Shown here one piece after another: positions 8,646 through 18,256 of a DNA stretch of 64,000 nt. The first letter of the stretch is position 1; each line of letters opens with the position of its first letter. The translations under genes were made by a program, and so were the position numbers. Source of the stretch: Longimicrobiales bacterium (GTDB lineage: Bacteria > Gemmatimonadota > Gemmatimonadetes > Longimicrobiales > Gaopeijiaceae); contig OZ241869.1 of NCBI GenBank assembly GCA_965202805.1, positions 1,696,001 through 1,760,000 on the forward strand, read 5' to 3'. A model generated the notes under the pieces. The model was not told where the DNA came from and did no database searches. It worked only from the letters and a program-made list of their open reading frames with translations.

Positions 8646-10214
8646 ATGCCTCCACCACCGAAATTGGTATCTCTCAACATTTTTGCCATCCGAGACAACA
8701 TCACCGATGTCTTCAAGGATGACTATGACAGCCATCCAATAGTTCTCGACGAAAAACAGATAGGGACACTGTATGTAAGACCGAGCAATCCCGGCCCACC
8801 AGAATGGCTACGAGAGTTCTTCGGACGGACAGTCGATCCTGACTCATTGCCGTTGTTGCTGAACTCGACCAGCGCGGCCGTTCTCATGGTAACCGTCAGC
8901 ACGACGAGGTTCGCCGTCGCATTCGGGCATGGACGATACATGCTGAATCCAACAGCCATCGAACCAAGGTTCGGACTCCGAACTGCTCTAAATGGTGTCG
9001 ATGTCGATCAGGTACGGTCCGTTGACCGCAAGACACTCGACGCGGTATCCATGTACACTCGTGAACAGGCGAGTAGAGAATCCAGTTTCAATACGTTTGA
9101 CATGAACGTGCAGCGGGACCTATTGCGCTCCATCACCGGTAGGATGCTAGACGAGAATCTAGGCCTTACCGTCACGGGCAAGGATGCATTCCTGATCAGG
9201 TCCCGCGTAACGCTTCATACACTACTTTCCAAACTCGAAGAGTGGCACCACCTAAGCCAGGAAGATACATATAGGGAACGTTTCCCTTGGATCAACAACA
9301 TCGCCGAGATATCTGACAAAGCAACAAGAGATCGTTTGGATGATCGGTTAGTCGATATGCTCCACAGAGACGATACCGAGAGGATTTGGCTGGCACCACC
9401 CGAGATCATGTCTTGGGACAACGTGGACGGCTTCAAGTTTCGCACACCTAGAGCTGATGTCGTACCGGAATTGGATCTGCGTTCGTATTTCGAAGACAAG
9501 TATAGACCGCAAACAGAGGTAACGATCACGCAACTAAGGCGCGATAAGGTCTTTACACGGTCGAACAAGGATGATTCGGATGTTGACCGCTGGCGTGTGT
9601 ACCAATGCATTCATGCAGACATTGATGATGGAAGCGACAGATTCGTCCTGGACGAAGGCCAATGGTACCAGATTGATCCCGACTTCGCCGCCGAGTTAGC
9701 TGACTTTCGGGCTAGCTTGCCACGTACCGCGATTAGTCTCCCAGATTATGACGACGATGACGAAGCAGAATACAACGACCGCGCTGCCAAGCACTCGCAA
9801 CTACGGTTGATGGACAAGGACTTGGTGAAGGGTATCGAGGCTGAGGCGCGGAGCAGAATAGAAGTCTGCGACCTGCTTCATACTGAAGGCGCGTTCATCC
9901 ACGTTAAACGCTATAGCGGGTCAAGCACCTTGAGCCACCTGTTCTCTCAAGGTGCCGTGGCAGCAGACAACATGCGATTCAACCCGGACTTCCAAGAGAG
10001 GGTTGCGGGAAAATACCCTAACATAATCCTGTCCAATGGACGATTTGATGCCGATCGGCACGAGATCGCCTATGCGATTATTGCCAAACCAGGCAACGAC
10101 GATGTCCAACTACCGTTCTTCAGTCTCGTCAACCTGAGACTTTTCTCAAACATCATACGACGGACAGGCTACAGCAAGATCACGTTGACGATCATCCCGA
10201 ATCGTCGCGCGTAG
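8646..10214 (+). CDS. TIGR04141/DUF6119 family sporadically distributed protein
   Basis: FAVAFGHGRYML..IEPRFGLRTALN, EGQWY, C-terminal IEVCDLL..FIHVKR..SSTLSHLFSQG and LPFFSLVNL. Visibly lower GC than the backbone. Confidence 0.85.
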   Translation: MPPPPKLVSLNIFAIRDNITDVFKDDYDSHPIVLDEKQIGTLYVRPSNPGPPEWLREFFGRTVDPDSLPLLLNSTSAAVLMVTVSTTRFAVAFGHGRYMLNPTAIEPRFGLRTALNGVDVDQVRSVDRKTLDAVSMYTREQASRESSFNTFDMNVQRDLLRSITGRMLDENLGLTVTGKDAFLIRSRVTLHTLLSKLEEWHHLSQEDTYRERFPWINNIAEISDKATRDRLDDRLVDMLHRDDTERIWLAPPEIMSWDNVDGFKFRTPRADVVPELDLRSYFEDKYRPQTEVTITQLRRDKVFTRSNKDDSDVDRWRVYQCIHADIDDGSDRFVLDEGQWYQIDPDFAAELADFRASLPRTAISLPDYDDDDEAEYNDRAAKHSQLRLMDKDLVKGIEAEARSRIEVCDLLHTEGAFIHVKRYSGSSTLSHLFSQGAVAADNMRFNPDFQERVAGKYPNIILSNGRFDADRHEIAYAIIAKPGNDDVQLPFFSLVNLRLFSNIIRRTGYSKITLTIIPNRRA

Positions 10215-10274
10215 CTGCGGACAACCTCCGTCGCATCGTTGCGGCAAGTAGCGCAGGCTAACATGGACCCTGGG

Positions 10275-10804
10275 TGTACGTGTACGGTAACCACCTGACA
10301 CCCGGCGTCACCGAGATCAGGTCCTATGCTGCCTTCTTCACCTCCTTCCCGGTCGATGGTTTGCGGGTGCGGTTTCGGGGGATCTCGGCCTTGGACAACA
10401 CGTAGGGCGTCCGCCCCTCCATGCCGCGGCCTCGATGGGGTCGCCGCAAGCTGTAGGTCTCAAGATACACGTCCAGGTCCTTGCATTTCCTCGACGAGCC
10501 TCCTACTAGGTCCTTCGCCCCTTGATCCGGGAGATGCTCTTCGAGGAGCGTGCGGTGGACGCGCTCGATGAAGCCGTTGGGACTGGGGCCTCCCGATCTT
10601 CGTGGTTCGGTGCTCGATCCCCTCCAGTTGCAGGAAGAACTCGTAGAGATGCTCGTCCGGCCAACCGCAGTACTCGCGCCCGTTGTCGCCCAGGATGGTC
10701 CGAATCTGGAGGTCATGCTCCTCGGTGAGCTTGATCTCGCGCCTGAGGCCGGCCTAGCCACCCTCCCCTTCGAGGGAAATCGGTCAGGTGATTACCGTTC
10801 TACA
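10275..10804 (-). mobile_element. internally deleted, frameshifted IS481-family element with both terminal inverted repeats
   Basis: Transposase fragments DNGREYCGRPDEHLYEFFLQLEGIEHRTTK and NGFIERVHRTLLEEH..RRPHRGRGMEGRTP. Both ends start TGT and share ACGGTAA(C/T)CACCTGAC in inverted orientation. Confidence 0.8.
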
Positions 10805-11973
10805 CCAAACGGGTATACTTCATCACCTACTCTGATACATCTCATCGCTACAGGCACCGCGGCCGTGAGATCTTCGCGGTCAGCCCGACTCATATACTTA
10901 GATTCATCATCAGTTACTAGCTTAACTGCAGATGGTTGTTCGTCTCCTTTGCGACGGAATGGAAGGATAATCACGTCGTCCAGCTGGTGATCAACGACAA
11001 TCCACTCCCATATGATGTTGTCAGCTGTCTTTACGTCAACTAGCCCACCAATAAAATCAACTCCACTGATATCCTGCTCGGTCTCGAAGTGTAGGGTTAT
11101 TGCATAATGGTTTACGAATCGTACTGACGCCCAGTATGCAAGTTGATTGAGAGAGAGCGATAGCTTGAGCGGCTCTCGAGTCAGTTCCCGAAAACGATCA
11201 ATCGGTCCTCCAAGTGGAAGGGACACACACTTATCACCCATTATCACTATCCAGAACGGAGGTTTGCGCCGGTGGTTCATAATAATCAGTGGATCAACGG
11301 CGAGGTCCAGGTCCGCAAAGTCCATGCTGCGGCAACCCTTGATGATAACCTTGTCCGGATTCATGATTTGCTTACGCACTGGTCGTAGGGCACCACTCTT
11401 GGCGTACCGATACCCCTCACTACCCAGCAGGGAGAACAGCAACAGGTAGGCTGAACGTAACCAACTTACGGACACCTTGTGTGGATTGGGTTTCCTGATC
11501 CGAAAGCGGATTCCTCTCCTCACGTCCGCATCGGTGACGTTCGTGTCGGGGCCGATTGGGAGACGAGGCAGGCGCATTGTACTACCGCCGGGAAACTCGT
11601 TTATTGACGTTGGCAGTGGTTGTCTTGCAAACTTCGTCGCCGCTGCATCATCCTTTTGACGGATGTATCCAGATCTGATGCCCCATCCGAAGAAATCCAT
11701 CTCCACTTTCGTGCCCCGTCCAGATGCGTGATCATCTCTCGCTTCTTTCTCCATCTTTGCTAGCCTATCAAGGCGACTGCCCTTGTTGTTGCAATTCGCA
11801 CATGTGAGACATACAATCTTCCCACCAAGAGTCTTGGGTGGGGCATGCTCTAACGTCACCTCTTTTCCGGACGCCACTTGCGCTTCTGAAAAGGGAATGA
11901 GGCAAATCGGACACTCGGTGTTGCCCATGTGGAATAGGCTGAGTCTGCGCTCGCGGTCTGTCTTCTTTCCCAT
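10792..11973 (-). CDS. HNH endonuclease domain protein
   Basis: CPIC..TLEHAPPKTLGG..LTCANCNN at the N-terminus; lower GC; stop codon lies inside the IS481 end. Confidence 0.8.
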   Translation of the reverse strand: MGKKTDRERRLSLFHMGNTECPICLIPFSEAQVASGKEVTLEHAPPKTLGGKIVCLTCANCNNKGSRLDRLAKMEKEARDDHASGRGTKVEMDFFGWGIRSGYIRQKDDAAATKFARQPLPTSINEFPGGSTMRLPRLPIGPDTNVTDADVRRGIRFRIRKPNPHKVSVSWLRSAYLLLFSLLGSEGYRYAKSGALRPVRKQIMNPDKVIIKGCRSMDFADLDLAVDPLIIMNHRRKPPFWIVIMGDKCVSLPLGGPIDRFRELTREPLKLSLSLNQLAYWASVRFVNHYAITLHFETEQDISGVDFIGGLVDVKTADNIIWEWIVVDHQLDDVIILPFRRKGDEQPSAVKLVTDDESKYMSRADREDLTAAVPVAMRCIRVGDEVYPFGVER

Positions 11974-12424
11974 GCGGTGTACCACTCCCTTTTCCTTTGA
12001 GGCGTTTCCAACCCGAACATTACCTGAAAGGGAGCCAGACGGCAACTAGAGCCCGGATTTCTCAAACCAATGAAGTTCCATCGGCTTCCGTAGTATTATA
12101 AGGTGAGGTATGCTAACAACTTAGGCATTCACGTCTCCTCTGGGGTGGTTGGCCGACGGGAATCGAAATTCGGAGGCTGGATCGGTCGCGCCTCGGTCGC
12201 TCTTCGCCCAGTGTGTTCACTAGGTAGTGCCTAGCCTCGAGCGAATCCAACACGCATGTCACGTAGGGCCTTGACCAGGAGAATGGGCGTTACCTGGGAC
12301 TCCGCGCAGGTGAGGTCTTGCAGCAACCCTTGACGGCGGACAATCCCGGCCTGGTCGTCCGATCGGACGTTGCTCGGAAACAGATGAGTATGGAGGTGCC
12401 GCCGGGGCCGGAGCCTGGGCCGGG

Positions 12425-12627
12425 CGGCGTGGGGGGCCTCTGGTCGATGCTCATAGCGCGAGTACATGGGCGTCTACCGCCGGATGAGCGTGAAGCATCC
12501 CCAGCGGTACATCAACGAGTTCACCGCGCGGCACAACATCCGCGAGATGGACACCGCCGATCAGATGGCGCACATCGTGGCGCGGTTGATCGGGAAGCGG
12601 TTGCTCTACCGAGAGCTGGTGGGGTAG
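12425..12627 (+). mobile_element. IS1595-family transposase C-terminal remnant
   Basis: LWSML..(frameshift)..MGVYRRMSVKHPQRYINEFTARHNIREMDTADQM..GKRLLYRELVG*. Confidence 0.75.
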
Positions 12628-13246
12628 AGTACAAAGCGAACCGCCCCCGGGCTGGCATCCCGAAGGCAGCTGCGTAAGAGGCGTGAAGCCATGCAGGAAG
12701 ATACTCTGGAGCGAGAGGCGGCGGAAGTCATGGCGGAGGCGATTACCCAGCCGGTAGGGTTCGCGTTGCCGGGGGGCTGGTGCTTTTCGGCTGATCGTCT
12801 ACGGGCTATTCGTGAAGAATCCATTCTGGGTGACGAGGAAAAGGCTGATCGCCGACATCACAGATGCGGTCGCAGAGCGGCTGAAAACCGTAAGTACGGG
12901 GCACCGATGAAAGTAGGGATGCGGGAACGTTTGCGATGACGCTCGGACTAGGCCGTCCGGTGGGTTGGCCATCCGACCGGATGGCATGGTGGTTCCCCAT
13001 GAGGTACCGCCTGCTCCCGGCAGGATCGCGGTCGATAGTATCCTGAAGAAAGACCCAGCTCGACGAGCACTACCCCCGAGCAGAAGCCATCTCCGAAGGT
13101 GACGCCCGAGCAACTGGCCAAGTCACTCCTGCGGGGCACCCGGCCCTACGAGAAGCCGAAGAAGACCGCGAAGGCCCGGACGCGATGAGCTTCGCACCAA
13201 GGTGGTGCGGGACCGAAGACGGAGATTACCGACACGGCAGAATCCT

Positions 13247-13999
13247 ATGAGCCGTCTCCCCTTGTACACCGAGAGAGCCACTTCCCTCGTTGGACTTGCC
13301 CTTCCGGTCCTGATCATGGCCGCATGCGATGATGAGCTCGTTGGGCCGGGTTGGCGGGACCGGCTCCTCGCAGCATCCGGAGCGCCGCCAAGCCAGGAGG
13401 AGTGGACAGCGATCCGCTCCTACCGGTTCGCGCACGACACGTTGACGATTCGCGTAGGGCAGCGCATTCCCATCGCCCGCCCCTGCGAGCCTAGACCGGG
13501 CCGCACATGCAGCCCCACGCCGTCTGATACTGCTGCAATCGCGACATGGATGAAGCATGTCGCGTTGACGACCTGCGCAAGGAATCCAGCTCCAGAGTGC
13601 AGGACAGATACATAACCCACGTGGGTCTGGCTTGGCGATCCTCCGCCCTGGGTACCGTGGACGGAAGCTGTTGACTCCGGGTTGGTGGCCGTGACGGACC
13701 GTGCGACGTTGGAAAGCCTAGCGGACGTCATTCCGCGCTGCCTGGGAAGTATCGAGTCGGTTCCGTCCGGCGGCGTCAAACTCGGAGTGCAAGGCTGCCT
13801 GCTGCTCATGATCTCGCGAAGCTCGTACGGCGGCGCCGTTGACGAGTCCTGCCTGCCTCCCGACCTGCCCGACTTCGGGTTTTGCAATCCGGGCTATATC
13901 GGCAGGGAACCAAGGTGGGGCTGGTTCGAGTCAACGATGCGGGGCGGGACCGGCAATCCGTTGTTCACAGACACGGTGGCTGTGCGAGTCCTGCCCTAA
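13247..13999 (+). pseudogene. putative lipoprotein interrupted by one in-frame TAA (13613-13615)
   Basis: Lipobox-like LIMAAC. ORFs 13202..13615 and 13682..13999 share a frame, and the interval between them is open. Confidence 0.5.
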
Positions 14000-14152
14000 C
14001 GCGCGCCTGTCAACTTTGCGCTATAATCCCCCAACGAAACACCGCGGTTTCCCGCGTCAGTCTACGACTTCGCGGGGGCGATTACACCGTCAGAATCGCT
14101 TGGCCGCCGCCACCATGGACTTGCGGCTATCGCAACGGACGCGTCGAACTCG

Positions 14153-14611
14153 TCACCCCTCCAGAAGAGACCCCGTCTCCTCACCGGAGCGCAACGCGCG
14201 CCCGGCTTTGCGGGCGATCAGCAGGCTGGCCACGCCTCCGCCCGCACCAAGGATTGGCAGAATGCTGAACGGGACAATGGCGGCCCCGTTGGGCCAGTCC
14301 CCCCAACTGCCGCCCACAACGAGTCCTGCCAGCAGGAGGCCGCCCAGCACGCCCACCGAGGCGACCCGTGAGCAGGAAAGCTCGTCCAGCGAGCGGCCAC
14401 GCGCCGCGATCGCCAGAAGGGCCGAGAAGCTCGTACCGATCCCGGCGCCCCAAACGCCACCCGCGATGATCATGAACCCCAGCTCATCCTCGGCGCCGGG
14501 GAAGAACACCGCACTCACCAGGGCAACCAGAGAGAAGAACGCCGCGCCGATGGCGCCGAAGGTCAGCCCCATCCCAAGGACACCACGGACAACCCTCTTC
14601 CAGCGCGACAC
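14153..14611 (-). CDS. hypothetical 4-TM membrane protein
   Basis: AGGAGG RBS before GTG; MSRWKRVVRGVLGMGLTFG..; hydrophobic helices. Confidence 0.75.
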   Translation of the reverse strand: MSRWKRVVRGVLGMGLTFGAIGAAFFSLVALVSAVFFPGAEDELGFMIIAGGVWGAGIGTSFSALLAIAARGRSLDELSCSRVASVGVLGGLLLAGLVVGGSWGDWPNGAAIVPFSILPILGAGGGVASLLIARKAGRALRSGEETGSLLEG

Positions 14612-14798
14612 GGCGAGCCTCCTGCCTGTGGTGAATCGATGCCACCCGAGGATATCTGAGGTACGATCATGCGTGCAAACGGTTTCCGTCGCGTCAACCG
14701 TTGTAGAGGCTCCGCGTCTCGCCCTTCTCGCAGGCCGCGTCCCACCATTCCTTGGCGAACGACGCGACGCGCGCGCGGACCAAGACAGGCGCGTCAGC

Positions 14799-15110
14799 CT
14801 ATAAGCGCAACCTCCGGGCCTGCGCCAGCTCGTAGCTCGCCTGCATGCGCATCCAATGATCGGCCGTTCCCCACCCGAGGGCTTCCAGCGCGAGCGCCAT
14901 GTTCGCCGACACACCCGCCTTGCCGTTCAGTAGTCGCGACAAGGTCCCCCGCTCACAGCCGAGGTGCGCCGCCGTCTCGGTGACGTTCCATCCGACCTCG
15001 TCCATGCTTTCACGGATCAGTTCGCCCAGGTGCGGGGGGTTCAGCATCGCGCCCACGCGCTCGTTCCATTGGCCTGCTCGGTCTCCCTTCAACGGATGCG
15101 GCCTCTCCAT
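14799..15110 (-). CDS. higA: HigA-family antitoxin (XRE HTH) with a fused N-terminal HigB-like fragment
   Basis: NPPHLGELIRES..VTETAAHLGCERGTLSRLLNGKAGVSANMALAL..WMRMQASYEL. The N-terminal HPLKGDRAGQW resembles a HigB internal motif. Confidence 0.85.
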   Translation of the reverse strand: MERPHPLKGDRAGQWNERVGAMLNPPHLGELIRESMDEVGWNVTETAAHLGCERGTLSRLLNGKAGVSANMALALEALGWGTADHWMRMQASYELAQARRLRL

Positions 15111-15137
15111 AGTATCACTTCACCCCCCGCCATAGTA

Positions 15138-15674
15138 TCACCCCTCGCCCCCGGCCATCAGCCCCCGCAACACCGCATCCAGCGCATCCTCCGCGAGCCG
15201 CTCGAGTTCCTCGGAGCGGCGGTTCTGGACCGGATGGGGCACCCACACGATCTCCGGTTCGAAGCCGAGGGAGGGGATCTGGAAGGAGGCCGCCTCGCGG
15301 AAGGCGGTGGTGGCGATCAGGAGGCCGGGGAGACCGCGATCGTCGAGGGCCTTGATGTCGTGCAGACCGCACGATACGCACGACCCTCAGTCGGCGAGCG
15401 CCTCCACGACCACGTCGGCGCCGGCGGCGATGTCGTCCAGGATCGCGTTCGTGGCGGGCTTGGCGTTGGTCGGCTTCGCGAAGCGAGCGGTGGCAATCCC
15501 CCGGGCGCGGAGCCGTGCCTCGAGGCAGTCGAGGAATTCGTCGGCGCGGGACTTGCCGATGTCGAAGAGCGCCACCGTCCTGCCGTCCAGCGACGCCGGG
15601 GGCCTGCACCGCGGACGCGTTGCGGGCGCGGTCTCGGAGGTGGGGTCGTGCAGGGTGACGGTGGACTCGGTCAT
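15138..15674 (-). CDS. UGSC-family selenoprotein (Sec at in-frame TGA 15387-15389, residue 96 of 178)
   Basis: ..VVVEALAD-TGA-GSCVSCGLHD..; the frame stays open 83 more codons to TGA at 15138; SECIS-like hairpin follows; ATGA overlap with the upstream gene. Confidence 0.88.
15357..15386 (-). promoter_or_regulatory. bacterial SECIS element
   Basis: UCGUGC-GGUCU-GCACGA stem-loop with the loop starting 18 nt after UGA; UGCGGUCUGCA resembles E. coli fdhF UGCAGGUCUGCA. Confidence 0.8.
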
Positions 15675-17116
15675 TCGGTGATCTCTCTGGTAACGGGGTG
15701 CGATTCCTCGAACAGCCGCCCTCCCGGCCAGCCCGACAGGATGGCCGAGAACAGCCCGGCGGGACCCCCGGCTCGCAACAGCAGAAGGGCGCCGGGATGG
15801 AACTTCGGGATGCGCTGGCCCGCGCGGGAGGGGGGCATGCCCTCGGCGACGCCGTCGACGCCCGCCGCCACCTTCTCGCCCGGGAGCAGCAGCGCGCCCT
15901 GGAGCGCGCGGGTGATCCGGCTTCGGTCCCATCCCGCCTCGCTGTAGATGGCGTAGTGTTCGGGTGTCAGGACCAGAACGGCGGCGGCCCACTCGCACAG
16001 CTTGGGGTGTCCCACCGCCTGCAGCCCCATGGCCAGGGAGCGGGTGAGTTCGCCTGGCGTGCGCGCCTTCTGGTCGGTCACTCCCTGTATCCCGTCGCCG
16101 GCGAACACCGTCACCGCGCTCCTTCCGGGAGCGATTCCGCGCGAGACGGCCAGCGGTTCCCAGCCCTCGTCGCTCTCATCCTCTGCAAAGCAGAACGTGT
16201 ACTTGCCCGGAGAGCCCAGCGTCGCGCGGTCGATTTCGCCGGGCCGCCCTCCGCCCACATTGCGGACCACGAGGTTCACCGCGCGACCGATGGTCGCGTT
16301 GGCCCGGTTCCCCTGTCCGAGTGCGTTGAGTCCCGAGTTCATGCCGATGCGCTTCGCGATGGGGCCGTTGACGATGATCACCGGGCTCGAGAAGCAGGTG
16401 CTGCAGGTGACGCCGTGCAGGGTGAACCCCGGATCCAGCGCGGCCTCGAGGGCCGTCAGCACGACCGGCATGTATTCGGGGCGGCACCCGGCCATGACCG
16501 CATTGATGGCGACCTTCTCGACCGTGCGGGGCGCCAACTCGGGGGGGATCTCGCCGATGACCTCATGCGGGTCGCGGCGCGTGCCGCCCAGCATGCGCAG
16601 GATGCGCTCGGGCGTCGGCGGGACGACCGGGAGGCCGTCGCTCCAGCCGCGGTCGTAGCACGCCTCGATGGCGTCGGCGCCGGACGCGACCTCGACCGTG
16701 CGGGCGCGGATTCCGGTTTCGCCGAAGCGCACCCGCAGGGCCTCCACGACCCCCGGCTCCACCGAGCGGGAGCCACAGCCGGGCCGCTGGAGCGGCAGTC
16801 CCGTGCCCAGCGTGGGGATGGCCGTGAGCGCACGCCAGTCTTCACGAATCCAGCCGACCGCGCGGCCGGTCTCCGCACCGCCCTCCAATCGGATCAGCGT
16901 CGGTACCGTCTCGACGGCGAGGTGGAAGGAGCGCTCAAGGGCGCGGTCGTCCACGGCGGCGGCGGCGAGCTCGGGGCCCAGGAATCCGCCTGCGTCCTGC
17001 CAGCAGATGGTCAGCGGATGGCCGGCCCGGTGGATCTCGGCGAGGACGGGCACCGCCAGGTGGCAGGTCTCGCACTCGTCCTTCACGACGGCGACGTAGG
17101 TGGCGGACTCGGACAT
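15671..17116 (-). CDS. thioredoxin-like CxxC domain fused to a UGSC-operon-associated domain
   Basis: KDECETC..VETVPTLIR (Trx fold), then GWSDGLPVVPPTPERI..TVEKVAINAVMAGC..GNRANATIGRA. Confidence 0.8.
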   Translation of the reverse strand: MSESATYVAVVKDECETCHLAVPVLAEIHRAGHPLTICWQDAGGFLGPELAAAAVDDRALERSFHLAVETVPTLIRLEGGAETGRAVGWIREDWRALTAIPTLGTGLPLQRPGCGSRSVEPGVVEALRVRFGETGIRARTVEVASGADAIEACYDRGWSDGLPVVPPTPERILRMLGGTRRDPHEVIGEIPPELAPRTVEKVAINAVMAGCRPEYMPVVLTALEAALDPGFTLHGVTCSTCFSSPVIIVNGPIAKRIGMNSGLNALGQGNRANATIGRAVNLVVRNVGGGRPGEIDRATLGSPGKYTFCFAEDESDEGWEPLAVSRGIAPGRSAVTVFAGDGIQGVTDQKARTPGELTRSLAMGLQAVGHPKLCEWAAAVLVLTPEHYAIYSEAGWDRSRITRALQGALLLPGEKVAAGVDGVAEGMPPSRAGQRIPKFHPGALLLLRAGGPAGLFSAILSGWPGGRLFEESHPVTREITE

Positions 17117-17220
17117 GAGGCCGTGAAAATGGGTTGCCGCCGATGGGCTGACAATCGCGACAGGAGTAAAGCGCGCCCCCCGCCGCCCCGCCGTCGGGGG
17201 CCACCACTCTCCGCCAGCCT

Positions 17221-17464
17221 CTAACCCGGCAACCTCAACGACACATGCAGGTGGTCGGCCGTGCCCACATGCCGGAGCGTGTGAAAGCCCATCGCCCGGA
17301 ACGCCAGTTCGGCGGCCAAGTTCCGCCATTCGGGCCGGTTGATGGTGCGAAGATCCAGCGCATGGACGAATCCGTCGTCCTGGCGGAAGTGCAGTGACGA
17401 CTCGTTAGCCGGGAGCCCCGCGCGAGCGTAGAACTCCGGCGTGCGATCGGCATCGGTGATCACG
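17221..17464 (-). pseudogene. displaced duplicate of the last ~81 codons of the 18257..18991 gene
   Basis: 244-bp direct repeat of 18257-18500 with about 17 substitutions by my count, almost all synonymous. Confidence 0.9.
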
Positions 17465-17766
17465 CATGGACGCCGAGTTCAAGGAAGTCTGTTGCCGTTA
17501 CGATTCTGATGCCACGGAAGGGATCCAGGACGAGAAGGTCGGCATCTCCTGTGATTGTCCAGTCGGCACGACCGCAGACCGCCAGCTCAAGCACCTGGTC
17601 GTCCTTGGGATCGCGACAGGCTCGAATCGACTCGGTGATCTCTACCAGTTGAGCGTCCCGGAGCAGCAGTCCAAGAAACCGTTCTCGCTCACTCGGCTTG
17701 ACCTGTCGATCGAATTTCGGGCGAGATGGCACTGATGATCGCGTTCGTGTCAAAGACGCATCGCAT
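17460..17766 (-). pseudogene. PIN-family toxin (TIGR00305-like) with internal deletion and frameshift
   Basis: MRCVFDTNAIISAI, then a frame change to SRPKF..CRDPKDDQVLELAV..ITGDADLLVL; the normal intervening segment is missing. Confidence 0.8.
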
Positions 17767-17769
17767 CAC

Positions 17770-17991
17770 CTAGTCTCTCAGGAGATCCTCCAGAATCTCG
17801 GGGGTCAAGCCACGGGCTCGCGCGTTTTGCGTGATCTCCGCCATGACATCGTGGAGGGACTCGTCGGTCCTCGTGACATCACGCAGACGAAGATTGAGGA
17901 GAAGATCTAGCTTGCGACGATCCTGGTCCGACGCGGATCGATAGGCGTCAGCGAGATCCGGATCCACGGCGATCGTGATTGTATCCGTCAC
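17770..17991 (-). CDS. putative antitoxin partner of the PIN toxin
   Basis: 73 aa directly upstream of the PIN gene, GGAGG RBS, C-terminal ARARGLTPEILEDLL. Confidence 0.7.
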   Translation of the reverse strand: MTDTITIAVDPDLADAYRSASDQDRRKLDLLLNLRLRDVTRTDESLHDVMAEITQNARARGLTPEILEDLLRD

Positions 17992-18129
17992 TTGAGTCCT
18001 CCCCCCCGAGATGATCTCGTGGTCGGTTGCCTCCGCGAAAACGAGTGAAAATATAGCTTGGGACAGCCCCTTGAAGCGACTCCCGTGGGAGCCCTCCTAC
18101 CTCGTCGCGCCGGGGCGTTTCTCGCTCAA

Positions 18130-18213
18130 TCAGGGTTCCACTTCGCGCGCGGGCGATCCGCCCAGCGTTGGCCGGCCTTCGTACCCCATGATCCGCTCAA
18201 GCAGGCTCTTCAT
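18130..18213 (-). pseudogene. possible DUF433-type antitoxin stub (27 aa)
   Basis: MKSLLERI..GRPTLGG resembles the DUF433 N-terminus, then terminates. Confidence 0.4.
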
Positions 18214-18256
18214 AGTATCATCTCTCGCCATGGCATAGTATCACCTCTGTTGGCTC

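Noticed and set aside
10269..10810. Target-site duplication for the IS481 remnant
   Set aside because: The flanks CCTGGG and CCAAAC do not match.
13613..13615. Recoding at the lipoprotein's internal stop
   Set aside because: The codon is TAA, not TGA or TAG, and no SECIS-like hairpin was noticed.
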